19,570 bases of DNA, from contig JAZDPL010000034.1 of NCBI GenBank assembly GCA_043797665.1, positions 1 through 19,570 on the forward strand. The letters are read 5' to 3'. Numbering within the stretch: position 1 is the first letter of the stretch; every line of letters begins with the position of its first letter. The notes beneath the pieces are model-generated. The model was not told where the DNA came from. It was given only the letters and a program-made list of their open reading frames with translations, and did not search any database. This DNA is from Candidatus Omnitrophota bacterium (GTDB lineage: Bacteria > Ratteibacteria > UBA8468 > MWAK01). Positions 16,425 through 19,570 of the stretch are shown one piece after another. A program made the translations under genes and the position numbers.

Positions 16425-16748
16425 ATGAAAAAACAGGAATTTGTCAGGTATCTTTCGGAATGCCCGGAGCAGTATGGTTTTGAGGAAAAAAGTCTTGATG
16501 ATAAAGTCGCGGGGACTCCAACATCAAGTTGGGGGGTCATGGTGGAAAACCGGTTTTATCAGACGAAAACTTTTGTTTCCGACCAGGCGATTACCGGTAA
16601 CGACCTGACCCGGATTCTGGCTGCCACCCACCAGGGAAGAAACATTGAGCACATAACCCGGGTTACCGGCTACTTTTCTAAAGTGGGCGGCTGGAACAAG
16701 GGCAAGGTCGCGGAATTGGTTGACCGTCACCGCACCCCCCTCTCCTAA
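16425..16748 (+). CDS. stand-alone NrdD glycyl-radical-domain protein (107 aa)
   Basis: GGAGG SD at 16416-16420 and ATG 16425. The C-terminus HITRVTGYFSKVGGWNKGKVAELVDR matches the canonical NrdD C-terminal radical loop. Confidence 0.88.
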   Translation: MKKQEFVRYLSECPEQYGFEEKSLDDKVAGTPTSSWGVMVENRFYQTKTFVSDQAITGNDLTRILAATHQGRNIEHITRVTGYFSKVGGWNKGKVAELVDRHRTPLS

Positions 16749-16764
16749 TGAAAAAAGGAGGACT

Positions 16765-17088
16765 ATGATTTCCTTTGAAGATTTCAAAAAATTGGAATTG
16801 AAAGTCGGTAAGATTCTTGAGGTAAACCTCCATCCTTCTGCTGACCGGCTCTACATCGTGAAAGTTGATTTGGGTAATTCGGACGTCAGGGAATTGGTTG
16901 CCGGCATCAGACCTTACTATGCGCCGGAGGAACTTATCAACAAACAGGTTATTATCGTTGCCAACCTGGAGCCGGCCACCATCCGGGGCATCACCAGCAA
17001 CGGTATGCTCCTGGCAGCCAAAGACGACACCACCCTCGCCATTCTTACCATTGACCGTCCCGTCAAAGAAGGCAGTCCCGTTTCTTAG
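16765..17088 (+). CDS. stand-alone tRNA-binding OB-fold protein (MetG C-terminal / Trbp111 / CsaA-like)
   Basis: AGGAGG SD and ATG 16765; ISFEDFKKLELKVGKI, HPSADRL, VAGI, VANLEP and SNGMLLAA motifs; 107 aa. Confidence 0.92.
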   Translation: MISFEDFKKLELKVGKILEVNLHPSADRLYIVKVDLGNSDVRELVAGIRPYYAPEELINKQVIIVANLEPATIRGITSNGMLLAAKDDTTLAILTIDRPVKEGSPVS

Positions 17089-17130
17089 AATAAACTTCTA
17101 AAAAATTTGTGGCCTTGCACGGAATAAATA

Positions 17131-17307
17131 ATGAAGAATGAATTGGTTGGCTGGGATGACGGGAAGATATATTTTTATGATGAGCAGAGTAAAGAATATT
17201 GCGTAAATGAAAAAAAGAAATTGCTGGATAAGATAATTGGGATGTGTGCAGACTATTTTAAAAAAGAGGAAAAAAGACGCAGATTGAAAGAACAAAAATC
17301 TGGATAA
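17131..17307 (+). CDS. small hypothetical protein (58 aa; not in the ORF track)
   Basis: MKNELVGWDDGKIYFYDEQSKEYCVNEKKKLLDKIIGMCADYFKKEEKRRRLKEQKSG*; fills the gap between two genes; AT-rich. Confidence 0.45.
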   Translation: MKNELVGWDDGKIYFYDEQSKEYCVNEKKKLLDKIIGMCADYFKKEEKRRRLKEQKSG

Positions 17308-17360
17308 CATACAGGGACATCTATTAAAACAAGGATTGAAATCCACAAAGGCGGGATTTT

Positions 17361-18539
17361 TTACACCAAAGAGGCAAGGAACCGGTCCAGGCTGATAATA
17401 CGAACCGTATCTTTTCTAATATCTACATCCTTTTCAAATACCACCTGGTAAGAAAACGGAATTTTTAACCTCTGGCTGAAGTAGAACAAATTTTTAGAGA
17501 TATCTTTTGCCGACGATTTTACCTCAACCGCAAACCAGGGTTTCCCTTTTTCTGTTATCAAAAAATCAACCTCTCTGCCATCCATATCCCTCAAAAAATA
17601 AACCTCGGTCTTATGTCCCTCAACATCATTTAAATAATGGCATAACTTCAGCAAATGGGAAGCCACCATATTTTCTAATTTACTCCCCCCATCGTCAACC
17701 TCTGACCAGTCGTAGAGATATAGTTTCGGTTCTTTTTTTAATGACCTTATCTTGCTGTCAGTGAAAGGATAGATTCGGAAATGGTAATAGAATCTTTCTA
17801 AAATATCTATCCAACCAGCGACGGTCTTATGCGCAACCGAAAGGTCCTCTCGTAAGGAGTTGATGGATAAAAGGGACCCAACCTTCCGGGGCAAGACATC
17901 AATCAGGATTTGGAGTGCGGACAAATCCCGGATATTCTCCAGGTCACGGATATCTTCTCTAATCAGCCGTTCCGCACGTTGGTTGTGCCATCGCCGTAAC
18001 GTTCGTTCACTTTGTTTGAGTAGTGGTTCCGGAAACCCTCCAAACTTCAGCAGAATTTTAAGAGCTTCGTAAGACTCACTATTCGCTAATTCCAGGAAAT
18101 TAATTTCAGAAAACGGTGTAATTACGTTCTCTTTTTCCAGAAATTCCGCTATCGAAAAAGGATGAAGGCGATAATAATAATATCTTCCCATTAAGGAGTC
18201 TCCTCCCTTCCGATAAATATCTAATCGGGCGCTCCCGGTTACCAGTATCTTAAAATCGTCTTTATGTTTGTCGAATTGCCCCTTGAGATAATTTTTCCAG
18301 TCTTTATATTTGTGGATTTCGTCAAACAAAATAATCTCCGCGTTGCCCTCAAAACGGGAATCTAAAATTCTCTTACGATCTTCGCGGTAGTCCCAGTTTA
18401 AGTAATCGTAATGGTGAAAATGATTTTTTGCAAGGTATGTTGCCAAACTCGTTTTACCAACCTGTCTGGCTCCACCCACAAAGACCATTTTTTCGTCCAG
18501 GTCCTTCAGAATATGTGGCATCAGATATCTTTTTCGCAT
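17361..18539 (-). CDS. AAA_14 / DUF4143 family ATP-binding protein
   Basis: Walker A GARQVGKT, Walker B FDEIHK, VTGSA, GGFPEP, KLYLYD, LENMV and a C-terminal EVDF..AVEVK nuclease-like motif. The promoter position supports ATG 18539. Confidence 0.9.
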   Translation of the reverse strand: MRKRYLMPHILKDLDEKMVFVGGARQVGKTSLATYLAKNHFHHYDYLNWDYREDRKRILDSRFEGNAEIILFDEIHKYKDWKNYLKGQFDKHKDDFKILVTGSARLDIYRKGGDSLMGRYYYYRLHPFSIAEFLEKENVITPFSEINFLELANSESYEALKILLKFGGFPEPLLKQSERTLRRWHNQRAERLIREDIRDLENIRDLSALQILIDVLPRKVGSLLSINSLREDLSVAHKTVAGWIDILERFYYHFRIYPFTDSKIRSLKKEPKLYLYDWSEVDDGGSKLENMVASHLLKLCHYLNDVEGHKTEVYFLRDMDGREVDFLITEKGKPWFAVEVKSSAKDISKNLFYFSQRLKIPFSYQVVFEKDVDIRKDTVRIISLDRFLASLV

Positions 18540-18546
18540 ATTAGAC

Positions 18547-18575
18547 ATCTTACCAGATTTTTTGACCGAAGTCAA
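18547..18575 (-). promoter_or_regulatory. promoter of the ATPase gene (leaderless)
   Basis: Minus strand TTGACT(18575-18570)-17 bp-TAAGAT(18552-18547) with TGn extension; 7 nt to the ATG. Confidence 0.72.
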
Positions 18576-18656
18576 ATTTTTTGGCAAAAAGTTTTGATTA
18601 GGGTCAAAATCTTCGGTAGGGAGATTCACTGTTTTATAGATATAGGTTTTTGGACA

Positions 18657-18665
18657 TGGTATAAT
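18657..18665 (+). promoter_or_regulatory. extended -10 promoter of the TM2-like gene
   Basis: TGGTATAAT, 9 nt before ATG 18675; no SD. Confidence 0.65.
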
Positions 18666-18674
18666 AAAAACAAT

Positions 18675-19010
18675 ATGGAGAATAAGGTCGAAGAAAAGGT
18701 GTTTTTTAAACCTAATCCCAGAGTGGCGGCGATTCTTTCGTTTGTCTTCACCGGACTGGGACAGATTTACAACGGCCAGATAAAAAAAGGGCTGACCTTG
18801 ATGTTTTTGGCCGGGATAAGTTTGATTATTTTTTTGGTGGGTGCAATCTTCATCGGTCAGGCGATAATTACTTTTTTTGCTTCGCGGCCTATTCTAATTT
18901 GGGGTATAGTGCTTTTTCTGATAGGGTTTACCGGTATACTCATTCTGGGAATTTACAATATCTCGGATGCTTATCAGACCGCGGAAAAGACGTGCCAACG
19001 GGATTCTTGA
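18675..19010 (+). CDS. small membrane protein, TM2-like domain (111 aa)
   Basis: KPNPRVAAILSFVFTGLGQIYNGQIKKG followed by hydrophobic helices and a terminal ISDAY. The upstream part of the track ORF overlaps the ATPase gene and is probably not coding. Confidence 0.8.
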   Translation: MENKVEEKVFFKPNPRVAAILSFVFTGLGQIYNGQIKKGLTLMFLAGISLIIFLVGAIFIGQAIITFFASRPILIWGIVLFLIGFTGILILGIYNISDAYQTAEKTCQRDS

Positions 19011-19052
19011 TACGGGTCCCTTTTCCATAGGATTGGAAAGGGAGGGTCTATG

Positions 19053-19080
19053 AGATTCTTCGCTTCCGCTCAGAATGACA
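19053..19080. repeat. half copy of the family-C element
   Basis: AGATTCTTCGCTTCCGCTCAGAATGACA, nearly identical to 9520-9546. Confidence 0.85.
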
Positions 19081-19095
19081 AATGTAATCTTCTTT

Positions 19096-19570
19096 ATGTT
19101 AAACAATAGGACTATCAAATGGTACCCGCCCATCCTCATCTGCCTTCTGGGCATTGTTATCTACTCCAATACTTTTCACAGTCCATTTTACCTTGATGAC
19201 TGGTCAAACATTGTTCACAATTATGCCATACGTAACCTTGGCAACCTAACCACCATCTGCAACTTCTGGGCCACCCGGTTTGTCACCTACTTCTCCCTGG
19301 CGCTCAACTACCACCTCCACAAACTGGCACTGCCAGGCTACCATATCTTCAACTTGGCGGTACATTTGGGCTCGGCTATCTTAGTCTACTGGTTTATTCT
19401 GCTAACTTTCTCCACCCCTTATTTCAATTCCCCCCCCCGCGGGCTTGATAAATCAAGCCCCTACACCCCAAATGTAGGGGTTCAATTTATTGAACCCGAA
19501 GGTAGGGTGAGAAACCTCCTGGCGTTATTTGGTGGTCTGCTCTTTGTCTGCCACCCCATCCAGACCCAGG
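19096..19570 (+). CDS. 5' part of a TMTC-like GT-C membrane glycosyltransferase (often TPR-linked); runs off the window edge; not in the ORF track
   Basis: Open frame MLNNRTIKWYPPILICLLGIVIYSNTFHSPFYLDD...RFVTYFSLALNY...GYHIFNLAVH...LLFVCHPIQTQ, with the family DD, YH..N..H and HP motifs. An alternative in-frame ATG at 19075 lies in the repeat. Confidence 0.82.
   Translation, partial: MLNNRTIKWYPPILICLLGIVIYSNTFHSPFYLDDWSNIVHNYAIRNLGNLTTICNFWATRFVTYFSLALNYHLHKLALPGYHIFNLAVHLGSAILVYWFILLTFSTPYFNSPPRGLDKSSPYTPNVGVQFIEPEGRVRNLLALFGGLLFVCHPIQTQ
19439..19498. repeat. two family-A REPs with GTAG ends facing inward, inside the GT-C gene
   Basis: GCGGGCTTGATAAATCAAGCCCCTAC-ACCCCAAAT-GTAGGGGTTCAATTTATTGAACCCG. 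Confidence 0.9.

Noticed and set aside
247..16787. Many short antisense or overlapping ORFs in the track
   Set aside because: They lie within well-supported genes and show no recognisable motifs.
17098..17346. 82-aa minus-strand ORF
   Set aside because: The Phe/Leu-rich sequence looks like the shadow of the A-rich plus strand; the 58-aa plus-strand ORF is more protein-like.
18411..18674. N-terminal extensions of the TM2-like and ATPase ORFs
   Set aside because: They overlap each other and the promoters; starts at 18675 and 18539 fit better.
1..19570. tRNA, rRNA, riboswitch or transposase (RAYT) genes
   Set aside because: None recognised; intergenic space is short and accounted for by repeats and promoters.

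Overview
Bacterial chromosomal window of mostly housekeeping genes, unusually dense in short palindromic repeats. Minus strand (13523->1): uvrB, nadC, an mtaB-like gene lacking TRAM, rdgB, rmuC, a ROK kinase, nadA, a DUF2961/GH172 protein, a Gfo/Idh/MocA oxidoreductase, apgM, folK, panC and the 5' end of a probable type III Mod methyltransferase. Plus strand from a perfect sigma70 promoter with two NrdR boxes: nrdR, nrdD, a 107-aa protein and a stand-alone tRNA-binding (MetG C-terminal/Trbp111-like) domain. These are followed by an AT-rich patch (58-aa ORF, AAA_14/DUF4143 ATPase), a TM2-like protein and the 5' part of a TMTC-like GT-C gene. Best findings: (1) the class III ribonucleotide reductase appears split, because NrdD stops just before its glycyl-radical loop and the RVTGY loop is on the separate downstream 107-aa protein; (2) several REP/REPIN-like families show compensatory stem changes, and copies are inserted in frame in folK and the GT-C gene, supply stop codons or C-termini, are nested, and bracket mtaB as direct repeats; (3) five promoters point to leaderless or near-leaderless mRNAs. 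All gene calls come from motif recognition; no database search was run.
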